The notes under the pieces are model-generated. The model searched no databases. It was not told where the DNA came from and worked only from the letters and a program-made list of their open reading frames with translations. From contig NC_057718.1 in NCBI RefSeq assembly GCF_004010195.1, positions 62,030,981 through 62,094,980 of the forward strand: a DNA stretch of 64,000 bases. Reading direction: 5' to 3'. A program made the translations under genes and the position numbers. This document shows positions 1 through 11,800 of this stretch, in pieces; the first letter of the stretch is position 1, and every line of letters starts with the position of its first letter. The stretch is from Chiloscyllium plagiosum. Its lineage: Eukaryota.

Positions 1-594
1 CAGTCCGTCAACTGCTCATTCAAATCCAAATAACTTAGCTTTAAAACAAGACCTGTATCTGTAATGTAATTTTTATACAATTTGTAGTTTTTTTTCATGG
101 GAGCATTCCAGATAGTTCAAAAATATACCCTTTAAAGCATAACTGCCAACTGCTTTGATGAATACTTTGAAGAATCATTGTAAACTTTATCCTCTCAAGG
201 ACCATATCAAATTATTTTGCAATGGTGAAATCAAAACTAAGCAGCAATCAAAAAGATTCTGTATCCTTTAAGGACCCAGTGTGAGCAGCTCCCATTTCAT
301 ACACTACTTGTAAATATCAATATTTGCCAAAATGAAGAAAAGTATAAGGATTGAAAGAATAATAATGATAAGCAGAACAACTTGACAGTAATTTACCAAC
401 AACTCTGTCTCAGTAGCAAAATTTGTTTGAAATCATTTTATTTAAAGTTTCCAGTTCAATTTGTTGTGTTTAGAGTGTATGCTGCATCAACACAACTACT
501 CAACATCCTCTTGCACCTTTTGTTGTTACCTAGATTTGACAACATAGCAATCCATGTTTATATTGGCACATACAAATGGTGGAGAACATTGATT

Positions 595-639
595 TTAGGA
601 TCTTTCATGGTAAATTGTGATGCAATTGTTTCCCAGCAC
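595..639 (-). CDS. Putative terminal coding exon of an unidentified host gene (VLGNNCITIYHERS*)
   Basis: Minus-strand acceptor ttttacctgttcacttccag, phase 0 matching the previous exon, TAA at 595-597, and a minus-strand AATAAA about 155 nt downstream (near 437-442). Confidence 0.6.
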   Translation of the reverse strand: MLGNNCITIYHERS

Positions 640-1109
640 CTGGAAGTGAACAGGTAAAAAACATATGTGTTTTACAATGAATTGAGCAATATGTGAGGAG
701 ATAGACAAGGTGGAAGTTAATTGAAAAAATGATTACTTGTCCCTGTCTGTGTCTGTCTATCTGCATGTAGATATCAGTTTTATGCATATATCTGTTAGTC
801 TGGGTCTGTATGTGTCTCTGTACTTGTCATATATATTGCATATCTATTGTTTATACCAATTCATGTTTGTAACAATCTATGTGTTTATCTGTGCCTGGAT
901 ATGACTGTGTGTATATGTATTATATCTCTGTTCATGTGTGTAAAATACTTTTCATTAGCACAATTGCACCTCCTGTAGGTTTTACATCTATTTCCTGTAA
1001 TGTCACATTTTACCGACATACTTTACAGATTAGTCTTATATTAAACAGCAGAAAGTTGGAATGGTGGGGAACATATAGAGGCCGAGTTTCCATTTTGGCT
1101 ATTTTCATA

Positions 1110-1500
1110 ATAGCTTGAGAAATAGTAACAGGGTAGGCTATACAACCTCTCAAGCCAGGTTTGCCATTTAATAAGATCATTTGATCTCAGTCAGACTTTC
1201 CCTCCCTTTCTCTAAATCCTTTGATTCTCTTACAGTCTTAAATATACTCAATGACTGAATATTCACAACTCTTTGGATATACAATTTCATGGATACTCTG
1301 TCCTCTGAGGGAAGATATTTCTCCTTATTTCTATTCTAAAAGCTGATCAGCTTTCCTGAGATCACAGCCCCAGGTTCTAAACCATGCACCTCTCAACATT
1401 TACAGTGTCACTCCTCACAGATGCATGTATTCGTGAAATTGGCTTCCATTTATCTAATCTCCAAAAGTGTACGTTATTTCTACTCAAACAGGAAACTTCA
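1110..1500 (-). mobile_element. Old CR1-type LINE 3' fragment
   Basis: Degenerate match to the CR1 3' end seen in better-preserved copies in this window. Confidence 0.5.
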
Positions 1501-1699
1501 TGGGTGGGACCTTATTGGGGTGTGAGCAATAAAGGCTCTGAAGAGAGTTGTGATGTAATCACGTGAAAAGTCCAGTGAGGCCTATCTTGTTGTCAGAAAC
1601 AACGAGCCACATATTTTATGTGCCTGCTTGGTGCAGAGAAAGTGTATCACCAGGCAGCAGTGACCTGCAATGAAGGGGGCTTGTGGCTTGTTAAACATC

Positions 1700-2366
1700 T
1701 TATTAACTGCACACCTCAACTCATGAATAATACCTTATCGGCTTAGAGGAACCTCCTATATGAAGAGACAAAATTCTTCAAGGAAACTTGTTGGCAAGAG
1801 GAAGTAGGAGAAAGGAATGCCAGTGATCTCAAAACCAAGGTCCAATTCCACCTCCTGGAAATATCTGGCAACTTTGTGATCAGAGATGGAGCTCTCAAAA
1901 TAGACTCATCAACAATGGAAAAACTCAGAGAATCAAGAGTGGTGAGATAGAATTTCCTAGGTGAACAACCATTTTTATTAGTGATTGTCAATGACCTTAC
2001 CATCTGCTGCAAACAAAGTAATGTTGAGAATTCATGACATGGACGTCAATTGAGGGAGCTCAGTTCGCCACTGGCTGCAAGGAGCCTCCATGTTGGTTAG
2101 CACCGATGAGCATCTTAGGGTATCATCCATGGTCAGCCTTGGACATTGATAGTTGCATCCAAGATTTGCCAACCCTGTATTGTTCAGAAAGAACGTGTCA
2201 CATTTTTCTAGCATCCTGTGCTCAGCACAATTGGAGCAGACAACAAGGTGATACAGAAGAGCAGGAGGAGGAAGTTGAGGATATTGAGGAGGCGGAAGCT
2301 ATCCTTATGCAGAGGCGCTCCACCACATCAGGCACCAGAAGGCAGATTGATACATGGTTCCAGTAG
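1700..2366 (+). mobile_element. Degenerate PIF/Harbinger transposase relic
   Basis: ORF 2034-2366 ends LYCSERTCHIFLASCAQHNW, then an acidic stretch, then RRQIDTWFQ*. This resembles the Harbinger/HARBI1-family C-terminus (LxYxPExVCxIIxACCVLHN, acidic linker, RxxLIxxxF). Confidence 0.55.
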
Positions 2367-2414
2367 ACAATTGCAGTACAGCAGACAACTGGGGAATGTT
2401 TAACAGTCAATGTT

Positions 2415-3285
2415 CAGTTCTTGCTGCTTCTCCTCCTGAGGCTCCTGCGACTGCGGTTGCTCCACTTCCTGCCATTCCTGCTCCTATTGCTCCTGCTGCA
2501 TTTGCTCCAGCTCCTACAGCTCCTGTTGCAAGTGTTCCTGCTCCAGCTCCTACTGCTCCTGCTCCTCCTGCTGCACATGCTCCAGCTCCTACTGCTCCTG
2601 CTCCTCCTGCTGCATGTGCTCCAGCTCCTGCTGCTCCTGTTCCTCCTGGTGCACGTGCTCCAGCTCCTGCTGCTCCTGTTCCTGCTCCTCCTGCTGCTCC
2701 TGTTCCAATTGTTTTTGCTGATGTGCTGTTCCTGTTTCTACTGCTGCTTCTCTTCCTGCAGCTCCTGCTCATATTGCTGCTGCTCCTGCTGGTGCTGTTC
2801 CTCCTGCTCATATTGCTGCTGCTCCTGCTGGTGCTGTTCCTCCTGCTCATATTGCTGCTGCTCCTGCTGGTGCTGTTCCTCCTTTTCCAGCTATTGCTGC
2901 TCCTGCTGGTGCTGGTCCTTCTGTTCCAGCTATTGCTGCTCCTGCTGGTGCTGTTCCTTCTGCTCCAGCTATTGCTTCTCCTGCTGGTGCTGTTCCTCCT
3001 GCTCCAGCTATTGCTTCTCCTGCCGGTGCTGTTCCTCCTGCTCATATTGCTTCTGCTCCTGCTGGTGCTGTTCCTCCTGCTCCAGCTATTGCTTCTCCTG
3101 CTGGTGCTGTTCCTTCTGCTCATATTGCTGCTGCTCCTGCTGGTGCTGTTCCTTCTGCTCATATTGCTGTTCCTCCTGCTCCAGCTATTGCTGCTCCTGC
3201 TCTTCCTGCTGTTACTGCTGCTACCGCTCCTCCAACTGCTGCTGTTGCTCCTGCTACAATTACACCTGCTCCTGCTGCCCTATGC
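2415..3285. repeat. CTG/CCT-rich low-complexity tract with a 39-bp minisatellite (about 11 units, approx. 2768-3190)
   Basis: Unit ATATTGCTGCTGCTCCTGCTGGTGCTGTTCCTCCTGCTC and a CAGCTATTGC variant. It explains the overlapping poly-L, CCS and SRR ORFs. Confidence 0.95.
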
Positions 3286-3713
3286 TACTTGTGAATTTTG
3301 TTCCCTTCAGCACTTTTGCACTCATCTTACCCTTCCACAGACATTATCATTTCCAAATCCAACCACAGAGTAGCTGTCAGCTCTACAGCTATTAGATGCA
3401 GACATAAATTGTTTGAGGTGATGACACAAGGCATCTCAGTGCAAGCAACCAGGAAAAGAATAGAATTGAGATAGTTAAACATTTATTGATAAGTTAACCT
3501 TAATCAAAGCCCATTTGGTCTGAATTTTATTCATGAGAATAACTCTAAAATATACCACAGAAATTTGTGTAATTCTTTTCAAGTTAATTACTTTATTCCA
3601 ATATCATTACATCAGAAAAATATCCAGTGACATTCTTCAAAACTGCAGAAAAGATTTTGGGGACACAAGGTATTTCCAATTTTCATCTTCAATTGGATTG
3701 ATTGTATCCTTAC

Positions 3714-3797
3714 CAAATTCAGTAGCTCGCACCAAAACTCTGTCGTCAGTACCACACAATAATGAGAAACCCCATCCAGATTTTCCAGTGTCTCTGG
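3714..3797 (-). CDS. Putative internal exon, 84 nt, phase 0/0 (PETLENLDGVSHYCVVLTTEFWCELLNL)
   Basis: Acceptor actaaccttccag and donor TTG|gtaagg. Open in the frame required by both flanking exons. Confidence 0.6.
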
Positions 3798-4000
3798 CTG
3801 GAAGGTTAGTATTCAAAGCCACCGTTACAAAATAATATCCATTCAACGGAGTTTCTAAAGCTTGAAATAAAGAAGTCCTACAAATATCTCGTTAACCTTA
3901 TGCAACTGAACATCGATAGATTTTGAATCTGGAATATTGTGAGCCATTTAAATAAGCAGTTATAAAAGCCATTATAAATTAATGCCACAATGCCATTATT

Positions 4001-4115
4001 ACCCTGAAGGAGGGTTATACCTGAAATATTGACTTCACCTCCTGATGCTGCCTGGCTTGCAGTGTTCTCCTGTTTGCCTGCTTTGGATTCCAGCTTCTGC
4101 AGATTTTTTGTCTCT
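4001..4115 (+). mobile_element. Short non-coding PLE terminal-repeat derivative with a decayed hammerhead motif
   Basis: CTGAAGGAGGGTTATACCTGAAATATT followed by the tail GATGCTGCC...CCAGCTTCTGCAG. Flanked by an imperfect direct repeat cattataa(a/g)ttaa(t/g)gc at 3970-3985 and 4116-4131. Confidence 0.65.
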
Positions 4116-4795
4116 CATTATAAGTTAAGGCAGCCTTCACTACTTCATCTAAACCTGATACTTTGCTGCTTCAAGTTTTAAAACACTTTGGAATGCTAGA
4201 AAAAATGTTAAGTTTTTTTTGGTCTTACCTGACTTCCAAAAGAACAAAAAATAAACTGTGATGATAACAACCATTACTTTGGTCGATAAACTGCCTCACA
4301 TAAATATGGCTTTAATCTGCTGATTTTCAAGTAACCATTAAGTCCATTCATGGAATTACATGCAGGGCTGAGCACTAAAACTCTGACTTGAACTCAGAGT
4401 GGGAATTGCACTGGGGAGAGCTGGGGTCTTGTCTGGGTGTCCCAGTCAGTTTTCCACTGGGTGGTAATCACTCGCCAGTGGATGGAAGAGCATTTTAAGG
4501 TCATAAGGAACAGACCCAGGCAGTAAAGGAATTCTCATGCAAGAGCTGGAGGCAGGGAAACGAAAACATTCTTTGCCAGACCCAAAACACAAGAGTAACT
4601 CCCTTTGTCCATATAAGTAATGAAGAAAAAAAAAATGGACTTATTTCTTTGGATTTCTTCACATTCCCCTGCCGTCTTCACCTGCCTGGGAAACTACAAG
4701 TGGTTTCCTTGTTCAGGACAACACAAAATAGAAATCAGTTGTCAATGAGATCATGGCATCAGATCTAAACATTTAAAGAGGGATTCCTTATCCAG

Positions 4796-4912
4796 TTCTG
4801 AAGAATGGTCCCCGGACCCAAAACATCTCCACAAATGTTGCTAGACCCTAGTTCTTCCAGCAATTTCTGTTTTATCAGATTTGCAGCATCCACAGTTCTT
4901 TGATTTTTATTC
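4796..4912 (+). mobile_element. Short PLE terminal-repeat derivative with a decayed hammerhead motif
   Basis: CTGAAGAATGGTCCCCGGACCCAAAAC plus a PLE-type tail. Direct repeat ccttatccag at 4786-4795 and 4913-4922. Confidence 0.65.
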
Positions 4913-5004
4913 CCTTATCCAGCTGGAGCTGATTTGGCCTCTTCACATGGGCAGGTTAAAATCCAAAGATAAGGGAAGGGCATTTCAGGGTAAGTTCACT
5001 GGCT

Positions 5005-6250
5005 TTTTGTTTAATTTCTTGAGGAGTGTTGGTATCACTGGCAATTCTGGAATCTGTTGCCATCCCTAATGACCCTTCAGGGTGTGATCCATCATCTTGA
5101 AGCACTGCAAGCCATATGGTGTAGGAACACCCACAATGCTGATAGGGAGGGAGTTCGAGGATTTTGATCCAGTGACAAGCAACAGAGATATATTTCCAAG
5201 TCAGGATGGCATGTGAGGAACCTGAGGTTGTGATGTTTCCATGCGTCAGCTCTCTTTATTCTTCTTGATAGTAAACATTGTGGGTTTGACATGTTATTGT
5301 AGTGTCTTATGCCATGGTACCATGTTGGTAAAGTGAATTGAATGTTTCAGGTGGTGAATGGGGTACTGTAAAGCAAACTGATTTGTCATGGATGGAGTTC
5401 AAGCTTCTTGAGTGTTATTGAAGCTTGCTTATCCATCACCCTGATGATTTGTACCTTGTAGCCACAGTATTTATTTGGCTGTTCAAAGAAAGTTTCTGGT
5501 CATTGGTGACCTGGAGGATGTTGATGTTCAGTAATTCAGTAATTTGGTTGAATGTCAAAGAGAAATGGTAAGACTCTCTGATGGGCTAGTCATTGTCCAG
5601 TACTTGCATGGAACAAATACAAATGCCACTTAGCAGACCAAGGTCTGGCTGCTTGGAAACACGGATTGCTTTATTATCTGAGAAATGTGAGTGCAGCTAT
5701 ATATAATGTAATCATCACTTAACATCCCCATTTCTGACTTTCTTATGAGTGGAATGTCATTTACGAAGTAACAGAAGATGATTGGACCTAGGACATTGCC
5801 CTGATAAACTCCAGCAGCAATATCCTGGGATTAAAATGGTTGCCCTTCAACAATCTCAAGCATCTTTCATCATGCTCAGGATAACTTCAGCCAGTTCTTA
5901 CTGATTGCAATTTTACAAGGGCTCCTTGAAGTCACACTCAGTGAAATTGATGTCAAGGCAGTCATGCTTACCTCACCTCTAAAATTTAGCTCTTTGTCCA
6001 AATTTAGACCAATGAGAGCTTTGTGGACCTGATGGAAACCAACTGATTATCAGTGATCAGGATATTAGTCAGCAAGTGCCATTTTATAGTACTGTTGACA
6101 ACACCTTCCAGCTTTATGCCATAATCGAGACCAGATTGAGAGGACAATAATAGGCCAGGCTGGATTTGTCCTGTGTTTTGTGGACAGAAAATAACCACCA
6201 TTTGCCACTTTGTCAGATGAATGCCAGTGTTTTATCTACACTGGAAAGCT
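5005..6250 (-). mobile_element. Degenerate L2/CR1-clade LINE (RT and 3' end)
   Basis: Homologous to 7040-7570. Minus-strand RT remnants (the ALDIK-like tgatgtcaaggcagtca near 5950). Confidence 0.65.
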
Positions 6251-6309
6251 AGACTCTTCTCCTTTTACCAGTTGTTTTAACTGTCATAAGAACATATGAT
6301 TTGATAAGC

Positions 6310-6890
6310 ACATGGATGATTTTGGGATAGTGTAGGGAGACGAGCTGAGAATAGTTCACAGGTTGGCGCAACATCGAGGGCTGAAGGGCCTGTTCTGTGT
6401 TGCATTGTTCTATGTTCTAACATAAGATACAGGAGCAGGAGTAGGTCATTAATCCATTTGATCCTGCTCTACCATCCAGTAAGATCTGATTGCAGTCTTA
6501 ACTCCACTTTTATGTCTACAATCGTAATCAAATATCTATTGATCTCAGCCTTAAACAAATTCAATGACCCTGCATCAACTCTTTCTGGGGAAGAGAATTC
6601 CACAGTTTACCAACACTCTGACAACAACGTTATTCCTCATCTCTTTCTTAAAAAGGAGACCTCTTATTCTTAAACGTCGTTCTAGTCTCTCCTGTAAGAG
6701 GAAACATTTTTCAGGCATCCACCTTGTCATGTTCCCTCAACAACTTACATGTTTCAATAAAATCATCTTTCAGTTTTCTAAACTCCAATGAGTACAGGCA
6801 CGACCTATTTAACCTTTCTTCAAAGGATAAGCCCTTCAGCACAGGAATGAGTCAAATGAATCTTCTCTGAACTATTCCTAATGCATTTAT
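6310..6890. mobile_element. Two tail-to-tail CR1 3' fragments (+ 6310-6420, - 6420-6890)
   Basis: TTCTATG-type tail on the plus strand. The minus-strand piece resembles the CR1 RT C-terminus and 3' UTR. Confidence 0.6.
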
Positions 6891-7039
6891 ATATTTGTCA
6901 AATATGTATGTTGTTATCTGCTGTGGGTTCTCCAAATTTAATTTTTTTTAAGCCAGATGCTGGTGCAGCTATGTTCCTCTGTGAACCAGTATTGACCCCC
7001 ACCCCCACCCCTGGATTTACAGTTATGGCATTTTTTAAA

Positions 7040-7570
7040 TTTTCTTTTGCATGACACAGGTGTTGATGACTAGGCCAGCATTTATTGTCCATCTCAAATT
7101 GTCCTTGAGAAACTTGAGTCATTTTCTTGAACTGTTGTAATCCTTGTGATGTAGGTACATCTGCAGTGCTATTAGTGTGGGAGTTCCGGGATTTTGACCC
7201 AGTAACAGTAAAGGAATGGCAATCTGGTTTCAATTCAGGATGATGTGTGGCTTGGAGGAGAACTTGCAAATGTTGGTATTCCCATGCACTGACTGCCACT
7301 GTTCTAGATGATAGAGGCTTCAAGTTTTGAAGGTGTTGTTGAAGGAATGTGGACAAATCTTGGAATAGGTTCACACCTGCGACAATGTATGAGTGGTGTA
7401 TGGAGTGAATATTGAAAATGATTGATGGGCTGCAAGTCAATTGGATTTGTCCTGTGTGGTGATAATCTTCTCGAGTTTGGTTCGAGCTGCACTTAACCAG
7501 GCAAGTACGCAGAATTCCATCAATATTCTGACTTGTGCCTTGTTCATGGTGGACAGATTTTGGGGATTTA
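7040..7570 (-). mobile_element. L2/CR1-clade LINE 3' fragment
   Basis: ORF 6898-7635 contains SIHSIHH, FTVTGSKSRNS and GLQQFKK, typical of LINE ORF2 C-termini. Same tail as at 5030-5070 and 39310-39345. Confidence 0.7.
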
Positions 7571-7859
7571 CTCATCCTATCCAACCCACAGCAACAACCC
7601 AAATTCTTATTAGCACCCCACTGACCCAACACCAATTACCCAACTTTGGACCCAACTTATCACTGACCGGACCTGCCCGGACAGACCCCCGAATCCCCAT
7701 TCCAGACCATCCTCTGGATCTACAGTACACATTTATCTATTTATCTCCCAAGCTAACCCTTCACTCATGTGGCATCTATACTCCTCAGCCATCTAACACC
7801 CTACTCCTTTAATTGCCTGGAATCTGTACCATTCATAGACATTTGGCACCTGTATCTTA

Positions 7860-8300
7860 TTAGATTATTAGGTTATTTATTTATTGTCACATGCATTGCA
7901 AATACAATGAAAAATGGTTTTTATTTGTTGTCACACTTAGGTGCCATCGCAAAGCACAGAAAATATAGCAAAAGACAGAGCATAAAGGCGGAAAATACAG
8001 CAATAGAGTTCATCTTTACATTTCCTTTTTGTTTTGGGCTCTGGGGTCTTTGAATAGGTTCCGGGTCTCAAATACGATTATCGCCTTCACTGTCTCTGCC
8101 AGTGCTCCTGCAACCGCTGTGTCCCAGCTGAGCCAGCTCCAGGCTCCTCCACCCCAATGCCAAGCCAGAATCAGCCCTGGGCCCAGTGCTAACCTCTGCA
8201 CCCATGTCGAGGTCACCAGCACAAAGCAGTTGACTATCCCCAAGTCCCTGCCGCTCATCCGCCAACACCACCACTGCTGCCACCATGGGTTGTATGCCAG
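7860..8300 (-). mobile_element. Element carrying a Rex1/Babar-type 3' tail
   Basis: tttattgtcacatgcattgcaaatacaatgaaaa is the reverse complement of the tail of the Rex1 copy at 54390-54425. Confidence 0.5.
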
Positions 8301-8994
8301 GCCCACCAATGCACCACCGCTGTATCTCCCATCTAAATATCCCTCTGTCCTGTCACACACCTGACACCCTATCCTCTAAGTTGCCCCTCTGGCCCTCATC
8401 CATCAGCCCTTTATACCCTCACCCACCTGGTGCTGTACTTCCTTTCCTCTCTTGCACCTGCCAACTAACTCCCATCTCCCTAACCTCCTCATCCACCTGC
8501 CACCCTAGACCTCACCCAACTGCCACCCTTTCCCACTATCTCTGCCCACCAACAATCCCACAACCCTCATTAACCTGGCACCCAACCTGCTCACCCAATA
8601 GCACTTATAATCTCACTCACCTCCCTCCTTACCTCCATATCAACTAGTCCCTTACCCATCCCCACTCACATGCCACCCTATCACCACACGTAACATAGAC
8701 TCCTCCTTTTCTTGGTTGTGTCACTGTCAAACTGGCTACTTCTGAAAAAGGGTAATCATTTCCACACCAATCCTCTCTGTTCCTGTCTTTGGGATTCCTG
8801 AACCTGACTGCACTGCTGAGGCTGGGAAGTCTCCTGGCCTAGAATGTCATCCAAAAGTAAATGCACTAAAGGGTTATTTTAAACCTGATCTGGATCATAA
8901 ATAGGGATTCTTCTCCACACTGGAAGATTCAAGCCATTATCTACTTACTGCCACATTTATTCAAAACAGGACTCCATAACTGGTGATTATTTAC

Positions 8995-9092
8995 CTTAGT
9001 GATGACTTGGAGCTGGGAATACTGTGGTGGGAATGGGGCAGAGATTTGTGAACAAGAAACTAGCAAGGATTTCCCACAGGTCAACAGCAAAA
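8995..9092 (-). CDS. Putative internal exon, 98 nt, phase 1/0 (VLLLTCGKSLLVSCSQISAPFPPQYSQLQVITK)
   Basis: Acceptor tttcaatag and donor AAG|gtaaat. The phase fits the upstream exon, which ends in a single G. Confidence 0.65.
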
Positions 9093-10254
9093 CTATTGAA
9101 ACTATTTAAACAGGAGTTGCTTAAAATGTTTAAACTGCTTATAAGACATAGGTAAACGTCCCAGGCCCACAAGCAGAGCAAACAAAAACATTTAACTCTC
9201 AATTCCTTAGATCTGCTAGTTTACTTAACTCCTGAGAAAAATATTAAAAGATTAGTTAAAATGAATACACACAAACTCTTTACAACATTTTAGAGGCCAA
9301 CTCAACGCCTGAGAAAGGATTAGTTATCCACGCCTCAATCCCCCAAACCAGCCACTATTAAAGCAGATTTTGAAGATAGGTTAAAATGGGTTTCCCTTTT
9401 ATTATTATTAAACCCCAATTGTGTCTTCCCACATCTGTCCTTGGAATTATAATAGTCCAATATCTTACAACTATTTCACGTAAAACAACATCATACTTGT
9501 CAAGTTGATGAGTTAATACATTTTAAATTTGGCTTTGTGGAAGAAAATGGCAGATAATTCGGGCATTCTGCCACTTAACAATGTTAGCAGCATACATTGT
9601 TAGCTACAGTTTAAACTTAAAAAGAAATCATTATCCCAAAGTAAATGGGAAGTATGCAGATTAAGTTCTGCATACATATGGTATTCTGGAGGTACTCAGG
9701 GGAATTGTCTATGATTTTAGAATTATTTCACTGTTGTTTTTATGTGCGGAAAGCTCGCTGTTGTAGAATGTTTGATTCACCCTGATCAAAGTCACTGAAA
9801 AAGCACAGAATATAAAGTGAGAACTACAACAGTAAAAAGATTATGCTTATGAAGTTAAATCAAACACACTTTGACAATGAGAGAGTAAATCGCTACAGGC
9901 AAATTAACATATATCAATACAGAAAACTCTCAGAAATATAGATAAGTGTGAAGTATATAAATAACCAGAAATGCATTTTGAATTTTACAACAGAGAATGA
10001 AGATTGCACAAGATGGATCTAAATATCCAACAAGTTTCAAAGAACTAAGGACAACAGAAATAATAAAGCCTGCTGGAATTGTGGGGCTGGGGCTTCTGAT
10101 CCCAACCTCTTTAGAAATGCAGGGTGTACCTGAAATTGAAATCCTTCTTCACAGAGATGGATAATTGGGGGGAAGACAAAACAATTCCCCCTTTTACAGC
10201 ACTAGCTGTCATATTTGGGTAAATCAGTACACAAACACACTGTGAAATTCTGGG

Positions 10255-10470
10255 ACTTGGATATCCTTCTACACCAGTTACTAAAAGCAAGCATACAGAT
10301 TCTGTAAGCGGTTAGCAAGGCAAATTGTATGTTGGCCTTCATTGTGAGAGGGTTTGAGCATAGAAGCAAAGAAGTTGTGCTGCTGCTCTACAGGGCCTTG
10401 ATGAGATCATGCCTGGAGTATGGTGGGCAGTTTTGGTCTCCTTACCAAAGAAAAGATATACTTGGCATAG
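10255..10470 (+). mobile_element. CR1 RT fragment
   Basis: LYRALMRSCLEYGGQFWSPY motif. Confidence 0.8.
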
Positions 10471-10474
10471 GAAT

Positions 10475-11449
10475 GGTTCTTTCTGTTGACCAGCTTGCAT
10501 TACAAGAGCTCAGAACCTGGTCAATGTCCTTGCTGATGCAATGCCTTTCTGCATTTTCAAAGACATACAATTAGAAATAGGAAGTGTGACATCCAATTTG
10601 TAAATGTGAAGCTTGCAGCATACAACAGTTCAGCAATAAATTTTCCAGGTTCCCTAATTCTGGAATACAGGTAAAAAAGAGGCAATCTTGTCTTCTCATA
10701 CATTCTCTCCAGCAGATGAGACATGACTGGCAGTAGCAGATCTGCCACTGTGTAAAGAACTGAACATGATCATCCATGAGCTGGTCCAGTTGACAGACCA
10801 TAAAAATCCAAACAAATGTACAGCAACACAACCAACCCAGATACCTCTTCCTGGACCAAAGAGGCAGAAGAAGCATGTGACTGGGAATTTCTTCCGGGGT
10901 TCCAGTTTATAGCAGCCAGTATACAGAAGCCAGATGGATAGCCAGCAATGAGTGGGGTTGTTCTTGACAAATAGAGAAGATAACTTGCTCAAGAGTCAGG
11001 GTTCTGGTTCAGCGTCAGCAAGAACATTGACCAGTTGCTGAGATCTTGTGAAACATTTCAACAATAGCAAGCTCATAAACAGAAACAACCTCTGCAACTG
11101 TTTGACATACCATCAAAATAACTACAGATTGATTCATGGTGGATCAGAAAAGAATATATGCTTGAGACTGACTATCACTCAAAGTTATTTATTGCTCTTT
11201 AACTGTCTCTGAGTACATTTGAGAAATGTTGAGTGCAGCAATGATGTTCATGCCATCATTTTGGTGCCCCAGTAGAATTGCTATTCGACAATGCACTGAA
11301 AAACTGTTCTGGGATATCTTTTAACTATGATCCATCATCCGCATTAAGTCATTGCTAAAAAGGGATCACCAAACACATGGCTTGTACAGTTAAATCCTTG
11401 ATAAAATTGTATTCAGAAAACAGATGATATCCAAGTTTCATTATTGCGC
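10475..11449 (+). mobile_element. Highly degenerate Ty3/Gypsy pol (integrase) relic
   Basis: Frameshifted motifs NVLADAM (about 10520), ITTD*FMVDQK / EYMLETDYHSKLF (11118-11190) and FGAPVELLFDNAL (about 11260), in integrase order. Confidence 0.55.
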
Positions 11450-11800
11450 TGTCACGACCCTGGTCGCAATAGTGTGCTGGAAAACATGCCACAAGTCATC
11501 TCAAATGTGAAATACAATGAACTTAATCAGTTGTATGGTTAACGCCTGGTTGTGGCCATTATCTAAGATAAAAGAGACTTATGCCAGGTTTCATCGATTA
11601 GCAAGAAAAAAGTTTATTTAGTATAAAAAAACTTATCCTCTAACATGTGGCAAACCTAAGTTATTAATTACTAATACGCAAACTCAAAATAGACTTTATT
11701 TAAATCCAAACACATATATTAACTAACACATAGGACAGACAATACATAGGACAGATAACACAAATGGTTTTCTCAGGAAAATTATAGGAGAACAACAGAT
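11450..11800. mobile_element. Possible LTR fragment
   Basis: Abrupt start TGTCACGACC and a minus-strand AATAAA (tttatt, about 11613). The other end is not defined. Confidence 0.3.

Noticed and set aside
2768..3190. CRISPR-like array
   Set aside because: Head-to-tail 39-bp units without unique spacers, in a eukaryotic context with no cas genes.
2354..3395. Long ORFs (poly-Leu, Cys-rich keratin-associated-like, Ser/Arg-rich) as real genes
   Set aside because: They are overlapping frames of a stop-free trinucleotide-based minisatellite, with no splice or promoter support.
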